Assembly (NCBI GenBank): GCA_020137815.1
Contig: CM035351.1
Location: forward strand, 1,612,001-1,676,000
Reading direction: 5' to 3'
Length of the DNA: 64,000 bases
From: Hormiphora californensis
Lineage: Eukaryota > Animalia > Ctenophora
This document shows, piece by piece, positions 12,651 through 24,667 of this stretch. Within the stretch, counting starts at the first letter, position 1, and every line of letters starts with the position of its first letter. A program made the translations under genes and the position numbers. The notes below the pieces were generated by a model that saw nothing but the letters and a program-made list of their open reading frames with translations, was not told the origin of the DNA and searched no databases.

Positions 12651-14454
12651 ATTCTACAATAAAATCTACGTCTACTCATTTGTCCAGCCGGAAGGAGAAA
12701 ACAAAACTTCCTCACTGATATGCGGCTAATAAACAATCAACCGATCCTTATTCTCTGTCAGCTTCTTTTATCTCCTCAACTGTTCGGTTTGTCCAAATCT
12801 TTTATCTCACTGGGTGAGAAACTCAAATTTGATGAGCAAAGACTAAACTTCCTGAAAAAGTGTAAACATACCAACATTTTTCCAGCTTTTATAAACAACA
12901 GTATTCATGTGAACAGCTCTGTCTTATTTCCCTCTGGTCCTCCGTACAAATCTTGGGAGCTTGTACGTAGACTGAAGCTGCTTGCATTGAGTCGTGCCAT
13001 CTCAGAACATTTTACTCGCATTCGCAATCTAAAAACCGCTATTATTGATCACCGTGACCAGCTGTATCACTCTGTCCCGTCTCACGTGTTCCAGAGCATC
13101 AACTGTCTTTTTGAGAGTAACAACCACTCTATGAAGCTTCAGGCGAAGGATAAACTTCGTGCTAAGTATGCCCACCAGCTCCACTTGCAAAGTGCACCTC
13201 CCGCCACCCCTGTCTATTACACTGAGCACCCTGCCGCATGTACCGATCCAGTGGAACCTAGTGTCCTGATGGAGAATCGTACCACCCCGATTCTGGAAGA
13301 GCTTTCGGATGATGAGAAGTCGCTATTAGACCTAGGTCCTAATTTCTCTCTGTCCACTCGAGTAGATGAGAAGCTCCATCAGCAGGTTAACCATGAGATC
13401 GCAGCGACCGCGTATAGACTTAGATGGAAAGTTGCCACAGAGGAGAGGCCCACAGTATGCACACAGATTCAGTCATGGCGGAGTGAGGGGGCTCCAATTG
13501 GTAAGCGTCATCTTAAACCACCCCCCGTCTCCAATTGCCAAATAGAGGACGATCTACGCAACTTGCAACAGCTGGCCACACGACTCCTGTCAACCTGCCG
13601 GGTACCGTTCAACCTATCTAACCAGCAGGCCGCTGGCCTCAGATCTCTGAGAGCCAAGAAGTCTGAACTACACATCTCAGTGTCCGACAAGGGGGGAGAG
13701 TTTGTGGTCACCCCCAGGGATATACAACATGAGCTAACCAAACTACACCTGGACAGCTCAGTTGGGGTGTACCAGCTAGTCCAGCCGACCCGAAACTACG
13801 CTGGTAGCCAGGTGTTGGTTGCAAAACCGACACCTGTCACATACCTAACCCAGATAACCAACATGACCCAAACCCTCCAGAGCAAATGTAACAACCTGTG
13901 GGAGCAGATCGTCATACGGAGGAAAATGGGTAAGGACATGATCTTGGCACTCCACACTACTCAATCCAGGTTACCGTGCATGTACATTCTGATTAAGACG
14001 CACAAATTCGACGCTAGTCAGATAGTATCACCGGATCAGTTCTTATCTACATGCAAGGTACGTCCCATAGTATCCTGTATTGGCTCACCCACCGCTAAAC
14101 TAGCCTGGTTAATAACCTCCATCCTGAGTCCATTGCTTGATGAGGTCTCTCCACACCTGAAAAACATCCATACTCATCTACAATGGCTCAGAGATCTGTC
14201 ACCAGAGGTTCTCCGTGGTAAGAAGTTTTGCAGTGGAGATATCAGTGCCCTCTACACCAACCTGAACATACAGGCATGTATATCGTCCTTGGTATCTTTT
14301 GCCGAGGAACACTTGGACGTCTTGAACCTAAGGGGTCTAGAGTTGGTAGATGTCCATGAGTGTCTAGATCTGGTACTGGAGAGTTCATTCTTTACGTATG
14401 ATGGGCGTCTCTACAAACAACTCCGGGGGCTATTCATGGGATGTGCCCCTAGTC

Positions 14455-16509
14455 GGGGGGGTTCCAACCTATTTTTTTGTATTTTTTTGTACTTTTTTGT
14501 ACGGACCATACATAAAAGTATCCAAAATTCCTGTTTTTTTCCATACAAACAATACAAAAAAATACAAAAAAATACAAAAAAGTAATGAAAGATGTGGGTG
14601 CCTGATAAAAGTATAAATAATACATAGCTGGGTTCCGTTTATGTTCATGTACCACCTATTATATATATGAACGTTTTTAGTTCCATTGTCATCCATTTTC
14701 CCGCTAAAAGTACTAAAAAAGTATGTAAAATTACACGTTTTTGAAATTCGAAAAAGCAAAATCATTGATTCAGATTACGATTCGGGATAATTTTCTCGGT
14801 AAGACATTGCGATTCGGCGAAATTTCTCGCTTAAAAATACGATTCGAGAAAATTTTCTCGGCAAGAAATTGCGATTCGGGGAAATTTCTCGCTTAGAAAA
14901 TACGATTCGAGAAAATTTTCTCGGTAAGAAATTGCGATTCAGGGAAATTTCTCGCTTAGAAAATACGATTCGAGAAAATTTTCTTGGTAAGAAATTGCGA
15001 TTCAGAGAAATTTCTCGCTTATAAAATACGATTCGAGAAAATTTTCTCGGTAAGAAATTACGATTCGGGGAAATTTCTCGCTTAGAAAATATGATTCGAG
15101 AAAATTTTCTCGTTAACAAATTGCGATTCGGGGAAATTTCTCGCTTAGAAAATACGATTTGAAAAAACTTTCTCGGTAAGAAATTGCGATTCGGGGAAAT
15201 TTCTCGCTTAGAAAATACGACTCGAGAAAATTTTCTCGGTAAGAAATTGTGATTCAGGGAAATTTCTCGCTTAGAAAATACGACTCGAGAAAATTTTCTC
15301 GGTAAGAAATTGCGATTCGGGGAAATTTCTCGCTTAGAAAATACGATTCGAGAAGATTTTCTCGGTAAGAAATTGCGATTCGGGGAAATTTCTCGCTTTA
15401 GTAGGGACGAATCTTAATTTTTTGACTCACTATTTGGTGAAAAGTAAATTCCGGTTGTAACCCACTAATTTTGACCCGCTGAACACGATCCCGTCCATAG
15501 GTAAGCTCGCAAAATTGGAGAAAATGCTCAAAATGAACATTTTTGTTCATTCCCAACTCCAAAATTGAAGATAATTTTCAAAAGTGGCCTACAGTCAAGA
15601 TATACATCGATTCCTACTATTTTCGAGCCGCTGAGAATGATGCTGGCCATTAAAATTTAATAGGATGTCAGGAACATGCCAAAAATGGTTAAAATTGGTT
15701 AAAATTGGACAAAATTGGCAAAAATGTTAAAATTTGTCTCAGGAGGTCGGAAATGGTCGCAATTGTTCACAAATACCATCCTAGTCATGTTAGAATAATG
15801 CAAGAGATTATACTTGGCCATTATGATGCTTTAATGACTCCTAATTAGTGAATAAATGACATAACTCATTGCGCATATAGCCGTTTTTGGCCATATGGCT
15901 ATAGCCACTTAGGAAAGGTTTAGAGACATTTCACTGGTGCCATTTTGTAGGCAATGGCCAAGTTATGGGGGGTCGACGTCGGACTTTTAAGCTCTATCTT
16001 CAACCGTTTAGCCGTTATTTGGCTTTAAAGGTGCTCAAAATCTGACTTTTTACCGTTTTTTGCTCATTTTGAGCACCTTTAAAGCCAAATAACGGCTAAA
16101 CGGTTGGAGATAGAGCTTAAATGTCGTGTATTTATTATCTTTCATTCGAAATTCGAAAAAGTAAACATCATTGGTTCAGATTTCGAAAATTTTGAATATA
16201 ATGTTTCCTTGTGTTTTGATAAAGAACAATTAAAACGTGATTAAGACATGTTTTATCTTCTAATTATAAGAAAAAGTTGCTAATTTTGTATCAAACCACA
16301 GTTTAATAGGAATTTATGACACAATTATGATCATAAACTAAAGTAGCAACGATCAGAAAAGCTTTGTTTAATCATTTATACCCCGTTTTATTTTTTTTGT
16401 ATTTTTTTGTATTTTTTTGTACTTTTTTGTATTTTTTTGTATTTTTTTGTTTGAGGAAGAGCTTGTTTTTTTCCGTACAAACATACAACAAATAGGTTGG
16501 AACCCCCCC
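14455..16509. mobile_element. Non-autonomous TIR DNA element with G7 termini (element A)
   Basis: TIR gggggggttccaacctattt / aaataggttggaaccccccc; TSD (c)ccctagtc of 8-9 bp. The empty site is visible in the inverted Penelope copy. No transposase. Confidence 0.92.
14776..15398. repeat. 63-bp tandem repeat (~10 units) with internal palindromes, inside element A
   Basis: Unit gattcgagaaaattttctcggtaagaaattgcgattcggggaaatttctcgcttagaaaatac. Confidence 0.9.
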
Positions 16510-18104
16510 CCCCTAGTCCCATAGCAGCAGTGGTGAGAGTTTTTATGTTCGAGAGAGCCACCCTCTACACCGACGTATCGTACTTGCCTATTCTATATGG
16601 GCGGTACATTGATGATGCCTGTACCGTATGTTATACGAGAGAGGAGGCAGTGTGTTTCTTTGATAAGATAGGTGAGCAGGATCCGGACCATCTTATCAAA
16701 TGGGAGGTTGACTTTCCAGAGGGTGATGACTTTGTACCTTTCTTGGGTACTAACATCCGGGTCACCGAATCTGGGGAGGTGCAGACGCGTTTCTACCGCA
16801 AGGAGGCTCGCAAGAATATCACACTGCACGCGAACAGTCACCACCCTATTTCCACTAAAATCCAAACTGTCCGTAATTTCTACGCCACAGCGAGGCTAAG
16901 TGCATCAGATTCGGAACAAGAGGAGGCATCCCTGAGAATAGTGGACAACCTGCTGATTGCTAATGGGTACCAGAACCCTCGTCAGTTCGCACAACAACAG
17001 AGCTGTCGTTTGTACCAGGGTCAGAAGCAGCAGGTGGAGGACTGTGTTATTTTGAAACTGCCTTACATCTCTGAATCATTTTCATTATCGATCCAGAAGT
17101 TTATCTCTAGCCGCTCTCTTCCTATCAAAACAGTATTTACTCCAGGTACCAAGCTACGTAACATCTTCTGTAGCTCACGGCCCCTTGACAATGGAGCAGC
17201 TTACTGTGGGGGGAGATCATGTAAAATATGTCCACGGCTAGAGGGGGAGAGGAACTGCCAGGTGACTGCTCCAGTATACCGGATTACCTGTAACATCTGT
17301 AAAGAGATCTACATCGGGGAAACGGGGAGAACAGCTAAAGACCGCTTTGGAGAACATCTCCGGTATGCCACCTCCCCTACGTTGAAATCTTACTCGGAGA
17401 TGGCACTCGCAGTGCACTATAAACAGTTTCATAATAAGACAGTACCTGATTTGATTTTTGAGATTATTACAACAGAGTCACGTATCTTATATAGAAAGAT
17501 TATAGAAGCATATTATATTAACAGAGAGAAGCCTACTATTAATTTAAAAGAAGAGTTGACTGATCTATCTAGATTCCTTATTTCTTAATATTATCCGTTT
17601 TTAGTATTTTCTAACGGCCATATTGGTCATTGAGTATTTTTAGCTAGATATATTTTTGAGCAGTCGCGTGATTCCTATCTTATTTCACTATCTGATCTTA
17701 TTTCTTTACTATTTAAACCCCGTTTATTTCCTAGTCTTTACTTTTTGTTTTATAATTTTTCCAGTCCCGCGTGTAGTTTTTCAACTTTTTACTATTTCAC
17801 TAAATTAGCTGAGCTTTAGAATTTTCCAGTAATTTTTATTTTACGATTGGTATGTGTACAGTTTTTCTAACATGTATATTCCGTATATTATAGCCTGAAG
17901 ATGGTGCTGTGCGCCGAAATTGATAGCGTTATTCTACAATAAAATCTACGTCTACTCATTTGTCCAGCCGGAAGGAGAAAACAAAACTTCCTCACTCTTT
18001 CTCTTTTGTTAAATAATACGCAGTGATAGACAATATGTAGATAGTTTTCAGAAATAAATTATGGTTATACACTGTTGGAAATTGAAACAAATACTGCACT
18101 AAAT

Positions 18105-18620
18105 TTATTTAAATGTAACTGACAGCTCCTCTCGCTTCAGTCCATACCAGCGTAGTGCATCAGAAAGAGAGACACCGTTCATAAGCGTTTCAATGAAATC
18201 ATCTCCCAAATCAGGGCGTCTAGTGGAAGTAGATGGAGAAGTCTGGACAAATTTAGACACAACTGCAGGGATAGAAGTAAGAGCTGGAGGAGTAGTCGAG
18301 GATGCAGTGGAATGGGTGGGACAGATTCCGCCGACATGTCCCGGCTGTTTGCAGATATTGCAGCTGATGGCTTGAATCCCCATATCTCTGGTGTTAGGTT
18401 TCACTGTCTGACCAAAATCTGAAGGAAGAAGGTCCTCAGGTGTTGTTCTGGTCCTCGGACGTCCTCTGGTTCTTCGTGGTGGTTGAACTCCAATCTCATG
18501 TAGACGAGGATTGTTGGAGGAGAAGTTGGCTCGGCGGGTCATTGCAGCGGCGGTTCGAGTTCGTTGAATGGTGGTAGATGAGGTAGAAGTAGTAGACGAG
18601 GTAGAAGTAGTAGTACTCAT
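18105..18620 (-). CDS. Small intronless protein with AT-hook-like RGRP and CCHC zinc knuckle
   Basis: 171-aa ATG-initiated ORF containing TRGRPR and CNICKQPGHVGGIC (CX2CX4HX4C). AATAAA overlaps the stop codon. Confidence 0.6.
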   Translation of the reverse strand: MSTTTSTSSTTSTSSTTIQRTRTAAAMTRRANFSSNNPRLHEIGVQPPRRTRGRPRTRTTPEDLLPSDFGQTVKPNTRDMGIQAISCNICKQPGHVGGICPTHSTASSTTPPALTSIPAVVSKFVQTSPSTSTRRPDLGDDFIETLMNGVSLSDALRWYGLKREELSVTFK

Positions 18621-18744
18621 AGTGAAAACAATACAATAAAGATCTCACTGCTCGCATTTATCTATTTTCAGAGATAGTTACATGAACCTATCTATCACGC
18701 TATAGCATATAATGTTAGACGAGACCTTGATTGGTCATAATCAC

Positions 18745-18908
18745 GTCGTGATCATATCGCCGATTAAAGCAGATCGCATGGCCGATTAAAGCAGATCAGA
18801 TGGCCGATTATGACAGGTCACATCGCCGATTATGACAGATCACAAGGTCGATTATGGAATCACATGGTCGATTATGGCAGGTCACATGGCCGATTATGGT
18901 AAGTCACA
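18745..18908. repeat. ~22-bp degenerate tandem repeat (ggccgattatgacaggtcacat), about 7 copies
   Basis: Direct inspection; lies upstream of the zinc-knuckle ORF. Confidence 0.85.
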
Positions 18909-18942
18909 AGCAAACAGGCATGAGGCCGGTAACGCAAACAAA

Positions 18943-20367
18943 AGGGAGAGGGAGATAGAGAGGGAGAGGGAGATAGAGAGAGGGAGATAGAGATAGAGAT
19001 AGAGATAGAGATAGAGAGGGAGAGGGAGATAGAGAGGGAGAGGGAGATATAGAGAGGGAGATAGAGAGAGGGAGATAGAGATAGAGATAGAGATAGAGAG
19101 AGGAGATAGAGATAGAGATAGAGATAGCGATAGAGAGGAGAGATAGGAGATAGAGATAGAGATAGATATAGAGATAGAGATAGAGAGGGAGAGGGAGATA
19201 GAGAGGGAGATAGAGATAGAGATAGAGATAGAGATAGAGAGGGAGATAGAGATAGAGATAGAGATAGAGATAGAGATAGAGATAGAGAGGGAGATAGAGA
19301 TAGAGATAGAGATAGAGATAGAGATAGAGATAGAGATAGAGATAGAGATAGAGATAGAGATAGAGATAGAGATAGAGAGAGGGAGAGGGAGATAGAGAGG
19401 GAGAGGGAGATAGAGAGAGGGAGATAGAGATAGAGATAGAGATAGAGATAGAGATAGAGAGGGAGAGGGAGATAGAGAGGGAGAGGGAGATATAGAGAGG
19501 GAGATAGAGAGAGGGAGATAGAGATAGAGATAGAGATAGAGAGAGGGAGATAGAGATAGAGATAGAGATAGAGATAGCGATAGAGAGGGAGAGAGGGAGA
19601 TAGAGATAGAGATAGATATAGAGATAGAGATAGAGAGGGAGAGGGAGATAGAGAGGGAGATAGAGATAGAGATAGAGATAGAGATAGAGAGGGAGATAGA
19701 GATAGAGATAGAGATAGAGATAGAGATAGAGAGGGAGATAGAGATAGAGATAGAGATAGAGATAGAGATAGAGATAGAGATAGAGATAGAGAGAGGGAGA
19801 TAGAGATAGAGATAGAGATAGAGAGGGAGATAGAGATAGAGATAGATATAGAGAGGGAGATAGAGAGGGAGATAGAGAGGGAGATAGAGATAGAGATAGA
19901 GAGAGGGAGATAGAGATAGAGATAGAGAGGGAGAGGGAGATATAGAGAGGGAGATAGAGAGAGGGAGATAGAGATAGCGATAGAGAGGGAGAGGGAGAGG
20001 GAGATAGAGATAGAGATAGAGATAGAGATAGAGATAGAGATGGAGAGGGAGATAGAGAGAGGGAGATAGAGATAGAGATAGAGATAGAGAGGGAGATAGA
20101 GATAGAGAGGGAGATAGAGAGAGGGAGATAGAGATAGAGAGGGAGATAGAGATAGAGATAGAGATAGAGATAGAGATAGCGATAGAGAGGGAGAGGGAGA
20201 TAGAGAGAGGGAGATAGAGATAGAGATAGATATAGAGATAGAGATAGATATAGAGATAGAGATAGAGAGGGAGAGGGAGATAGAGATAGAGATAGAGATA
20301 GAGATAGAGATAGAGATAGAGATAGAGATAGAGAGGGAGAGGGAGAGGGAGATAGAGAGGGAGAGAG
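18943..20367. repeat. (GATAGA/GAGGGA)n microsatellite expansion, ~1.4 kb
   Basis: Direct inspection. Confidence 0.95.
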
Positions 20368-20924
20368 AAATATGGTGAGATTGAGGATGGAAAACACAAG
20401 AACAATTCACAAACATTTAGCAGTACTGATAGTGAATGAATGAAGTGTCACTATTTTGGTGATCTGTGAAATATTTTATCAATTTTATCTGTCTGAATTG
20501 TTAGTTTAATTTGACAACAAGGCCCTGCAGAATAACAGGTTCTCCACGGCCTTTCTTGGTGACTAAAACACTGCTCTAAGTCAACTGCTGAAAACGGCAA
20601 TTAAAGCATAAAATGGACATATAATACACTCATACAATCAAGTGTTTCTTAAATCCCCTATTATTCACCTTTCTCTCCCTCAATGTTTATACTTTTCCCA
20701 AAAACATCAAACGTTAACACAATGATCAATGTCTTGGGTCTTTGGTTTGTCTAAATAGGAGGCCAAATCAGAGTTATAATTCCGCTCACTTTCCGTCTAT
20801 TTAGGAAAAAATGTCGCTAGGCAAGGGCCCAACGACAAGAACAATGTAACATGTTTAATGAAAAATATTTTTTTGAAAGATTCAGGACCACTCTTCTCTA
20901 TATCGTCCCCATCTCTCTCACTCC

Positions 20925-20956
<32 letters not shown>

Positions 20957-21017
20957 GCCAGTCATTCCTTTCTTCTCGTTCTCCCAGAGTCTTCTCCACA
21001 CACAGCGTGTCCTCGCC

Positions 21018-24000
21018 CTACGGTGCGTACCGCTTCACCCAATCTTGAGCTGAAAAGGAGGCGTGTGTTAATTGGATCTGTGAGGAGGGGTGTGTGAGTG
21101 TCCGTGTGTAGGTCTCAGATGTCGCGCGCCCATCGCCAAGAAGAGACCCAATAGAAGAGCACCGCGCGCTACGTACATGATACCCTGAAAGTGATCCACA
21201 GCTGTGGCACAAGGTCTACACACATTTGCACATAGCTTGTTTCTACTGATACACAGTCTATAATAGTCTGCTATAATAGTCTACTCAAAGGTCTATTAGA
21301 CACACACAGTTACGTTTTAGGGGAGTTTATTTCACTGTTTAATAGTGGCATATTCATTATTCAATGCATAATATACAGTTACTACTACTTAATTGTGTTT
21401 CTCTTCTCGCCAAATTTAGATCAGGTATGATTATTACATACCGGAATCTTTTATTTGGAGTTACACACATTGGCTGAAAGGAAGAAAATTGGAAATTTGG
21501 AAAGAGAGAACAGAGAGCTATAGACACACACACACATATAAAGGGATAATACGACACAGAGAGAAAGTGTTTGTGTGTGAGAGATTCAAAGAGAGAAGGT
21601 GATAGAAGGTGAGAGGGCATTATCAAACAGTAAATATGTTCTTTCTGGGATTTTAAAAAGAACGATCATCAATATGCATGACCAAAATGGAAGTGGGCGT
21701 TTCTCTCTCTCCCTCTTTCTCTATCTCTCTCTATTTTCTTTCTCATTACATATCTCTGGTCTCTGATTTGACGTTGCTTCTGACGTCTGCAAGACATGCA
21801 TCTTTATGAAGGAGTAACGCGTCTCCCCTAACTGCACAACAGATAAGAGGCTTCCGAAGGTCACTTCCTGTATATCATTTTCATTTCTTACCTCCCCAAT
21901 ATTGCATAACTTGTCTAGCCTCCTGTCAGTCGTACCTAGTCTGAAATCTCCCTATCTTTATGTACTTCCTCTGTTTAGATGTCAGAGAACATGGAGGTAA
22001 AACCGCCCTTTCACCTTCCCCCTACTACACCTACAAGGGAGCTCCGTAAGAAGGACATCCAGGAGTGGGCCATAGAAGACTTTACTAACTGTGAAACTGA
22101 CCATATTGTTACTGAGGAGGAAAATAGAGGTGAGGTGGCACCATTATCACCATCTTTTTCACCACCTTTATCACCATCACACACAGCACCACACACAACA
22201 CCAGGTGTTGAGCTCCTAAACTCACCAACAACCCACAACCACGCACTAGAATGTGACCTTATCAATGTGACTATCAGTAACAAACTCGTTCAGGAATGCT
22301 ATCTAAAGGACATACCCACGATTCATCTAAACCAGGCTGCAGACTGTGATGTGGTCGATCTGGCAGACAGGGAGAGGATGGAGATGGGTTGTGATCTGGA
22401 GAGAACTGACACAGAGTTTAGGTGTGAGATGGATATTGATATTGAGCTGGGTTTGTCACAGTTTAGACTGGCTGATGGTATAGATGTAGAGGATAATAGT
22501 AGTGGGGAGAAACTGCAGCTGGATGTTGATTTGGAACTTCCCATTGCTACACAGAGAGGAAGTTTAGAGTGTGATGTAACCAATCCTCCTGCATCATTCT
22601 CCATCCCCCAAACATCAACTACTGATATCCAGAACAACCAGCACTTTTCAATTCCTAGCACCACTGCATCTCTCCTTCCTACAAATGACAACTTCTCTCT
22701 GGCAAATGTGAGTTTATGCGACAGTAAGCGACACTTCTCAGTGTATAACGATGTCAAGACGTACAGGGACACCAACTCTTTCCAAATCCCACCACTTCAA
22801 AAGGAAGGTCGACAATTGCGATATAGTCGGAATTTCAGCATCCCCAATTCGTTGAGTATAGTCAGATTTAAAGCTAGCAAGTTCTCAATACCAGCGTCAG
22901 GGTCCATGGGTAAGGCTAGGACCTCTTTCTCGGTTCCAGACAAGCCTGAGTTGGGAAGTGGAAAGCACATATTTTCTATACCACCTTCACCAAGTTTTGG
23001 GAAAGGGAAGGTAGTATTTACAGCTCCAGAGGAGGGGGATTTGACGGCGGAGAAAAATAAATTCTACAACGTGCCAACTTCATTCCAATATGACCGTGCA
23101 CCAGTGTCGAGATTTAACATTTTATCTGACTTCAATAAAGTTGATAATTCAGTTTTCAAAATTTAATTTCCTCGTTTTATACAACTCTGTACTATTTTCA
23201 CTAAAGTCGTCTTACCATCAATGTGTTTGTGTTCATAACAAGACACTTTGTTTACACGTCTAATTGATTACAGATAACAGATCAACATTCTACATGCAGT
23301 ATGTATCACACCTAACCATCATAGCTCACCCACTTCTCACTCACTTCTCATAACACATTACCCAAGTGGTTTACTGCAGTACACACAAAAACATGCATTT
23401 AAACACGTCTATGATTTACTCTCCCCTAGCATTTTCACAGTGTGTTAGAATTTTAAAAGGCATACTACTTAAGTATTCATCTTAATGTGAATATATATGC
23501 AATTCTGCCTTACTAAATATGTAGTATATTATTTCTAGAACATTTTCCCAGTTAAATAACCTAAATTAGTAACCTAAGAAACTCTCCTATTCTTCTAAAG
23601 AGTGCTTGGGTAGGGACTAGGGGAACCCACTAGGGACTATCGCGACAGAAACTCTTCAACTGTTCTGTTTCCTCTCCAACAGTACCGACATGTTAACTCC
23701 AGCCCTATACTAACTATGTTACCTGTTCTGATAGCGTCCTTTTCGTCCTTCATCCAGTGTTCCGCCACGTCATTAGCCAGAGGATCCTCAGGGTTGGGCT
23801 TGCTCAGCAGTGCCTGTATACTTAGTAGTACAGTCCTAATCTGCAGTGCAGGACTCCACTTATCTGACATGGGGGGTTGACTTTTACTAGGACTGGGTGG
23901 AGCTTTCTACTTGTTATGTTCTAACCCTCCTTCACATTTGTAAAAGAGTTTCCCGGCGTGGGAAATAGGGTTGAGCAAGGCAACATTCTACTGCTGCACG

Positions 24001-24537
24001 TGTCTATGTACATACACATGGAATGAAAAACACAGTCTCACTGTTTCTCTCTTTCTCTTGAGAGCTTTTAAATTGTTAAAAACAAAGTTAAAATACTAGC
24101 ACTGTTGCTTTCTAAACAACATGATTAGAGCTGTTCACACTACTATAACGGGCCACAATACCTTTCAGAATATCGAGACAGATACGGCCCAGTTTATCAA
24201 TATTGGGATGGTAGATTTTGGTGAGAAGGCGGACTTTTGGGGCACTCATTGGGTACTCTTCAGGGAGGTACAACTCCAGGTGGAACTTCCCTCCTTCATA
24301 TGGCGACTGGGGAATGGAACGGAAATAATAATAGACGAGTTAATCAATCTAGATTCTAGGGCCTTATCATAACATCGAGTATGAATAAAGTAATATATAT
24401 TCGTAGTTTACCTCTCTAGGACCGTCGATTATAACTTTGAAATATCGAGCATTGTCCTCGTGAACGACTGCCTCGATTCCATCTATTTTCTCCGCTTGGA
24501 GCCGCATTGTCTCTTTTTGAATTCGCCTCGGTAACAT
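21018..24537 (-). CDS. UBE2N: Ubiquitin-conjugating enzyme E2 N (Ubc13); exons 24537-24412, 24306-24162, 23863-23723, 21049-21018
   Basis: Spliced product [13 protein letters not shown]...NARYF...[85 protein letters not shown]...[14 protein letters not shown]; splice phases are compatible. Confidence 0.95.
21979..23166 (+). CDS. Orphan 395-aa protein, acidic N-half and repeated FSIP/FxxP motifs; nested antisense in the last UBE2N intron
   Basis: Long non-repetitive ORF, with acceptor ctgtttAG directly before the ATG and AATAAA near the end. Confidence 0.7.
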   Translation: MSENMEVKPPFHLPPTTPTRELRKKDIQEWAIEDFTNCETDHIVTEEENRGEVAPLSPSFSPPLSPSHTAPHTTPGVELLNSPTTHNHALECDLINVTISNKLVQECYLKDIPTIHLNQAADCDVVDLADRERMEMGCDLERTDTEFRCEMDIDIELGLSQFRLADGIDVEDNSSGEKLQLDVDLELPIATQRGSLECDVTNPPASFSIPQTSTTDIQNNQHFSIPSTTASLLPTNDNFSLANVSLCDSKRHFSVYNDVKTYRDTNSFQIPPLQKEGRQLRYSRNFSIPNSLSIVRFKASKFSIPASGSMGKARTSFSVPDKPELGSGKHIFSIPPSPSFGKGKVVFTAPEEGDLTAEKNKFYNVPTSFQYDRAPVSRFNILSDFNKVDNSVFKI

Positions 24538-24667
24538 CCCGGCGAAGAGCCCCTAGTGCTAGTTGACAGTGTAACGGTTTAAATTGGAATTTTGTATATT
24601 GATTCCTTTCTTGAACAATCAAGGCCAAGGTACCCCTAAAAGCAAAAAGAGGTTGGTCGACAATTTG

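Larger units (their letters stand above)
12720..17588 (+). pseudogene. Penelope RT/GIY-YIG ORF interrupted by a DNA-element insertion
   Basis: ORF 12720-14454 resumes at ~16519 (GCAPS|PIAAVVRV), as shown by the uninterrupted inverted copy. Confidence 0.92.
9771..17996. mobile_element. Penelope-like retroelement insertion: inverted 5'-truncated copy (9771-12585) joined head-to-head to a full-length copy (12586-17996) with pseudo-LTRs
   Basis: RT motifs (RPIVS, GDISALYT, GLFMG..SP, YGRYIDD) and a C-terminal GIY-YIG nuclease (VYRITCNICKEIYIGETGR). The pLTR is repeated at ~12586-12716 and ~17866-17996, and inverted at 9771-9945. Target duplication ctctttctcttttg at 9757-9770 and 17995-18008. Confidence 0.95.

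Noticed and set aside
14775-15119. 114-aa ORF with a 21-aa repeat; palindromic array resembling CRISPR
   Set aside because: It is the translation of the 63-bp satellite inside element A, with no unique spacers.
10381-17432. Short antisense and alternate-frame ORFs overlapping the Penelope ORFs
   Set aside because: Shadow ORFs, duplicated only because the element is duplicated.
18872-20416. Three ~500-aa ORFs (SI/SL/YL repeats)
   Set aside because: Microsatellite translations lacking stops; the same applies to ORFs at 5331, 9436, 41594-42142 and 62365-62764.
7965-21518. The 1.2-kb direct repeats as LTRs of a retrotransposon
   Set aside because: They contain a host exon and UTR, lack TG...CA ends and PBS/PPT, and the enclosed RT is a Penelope with its own TSD.
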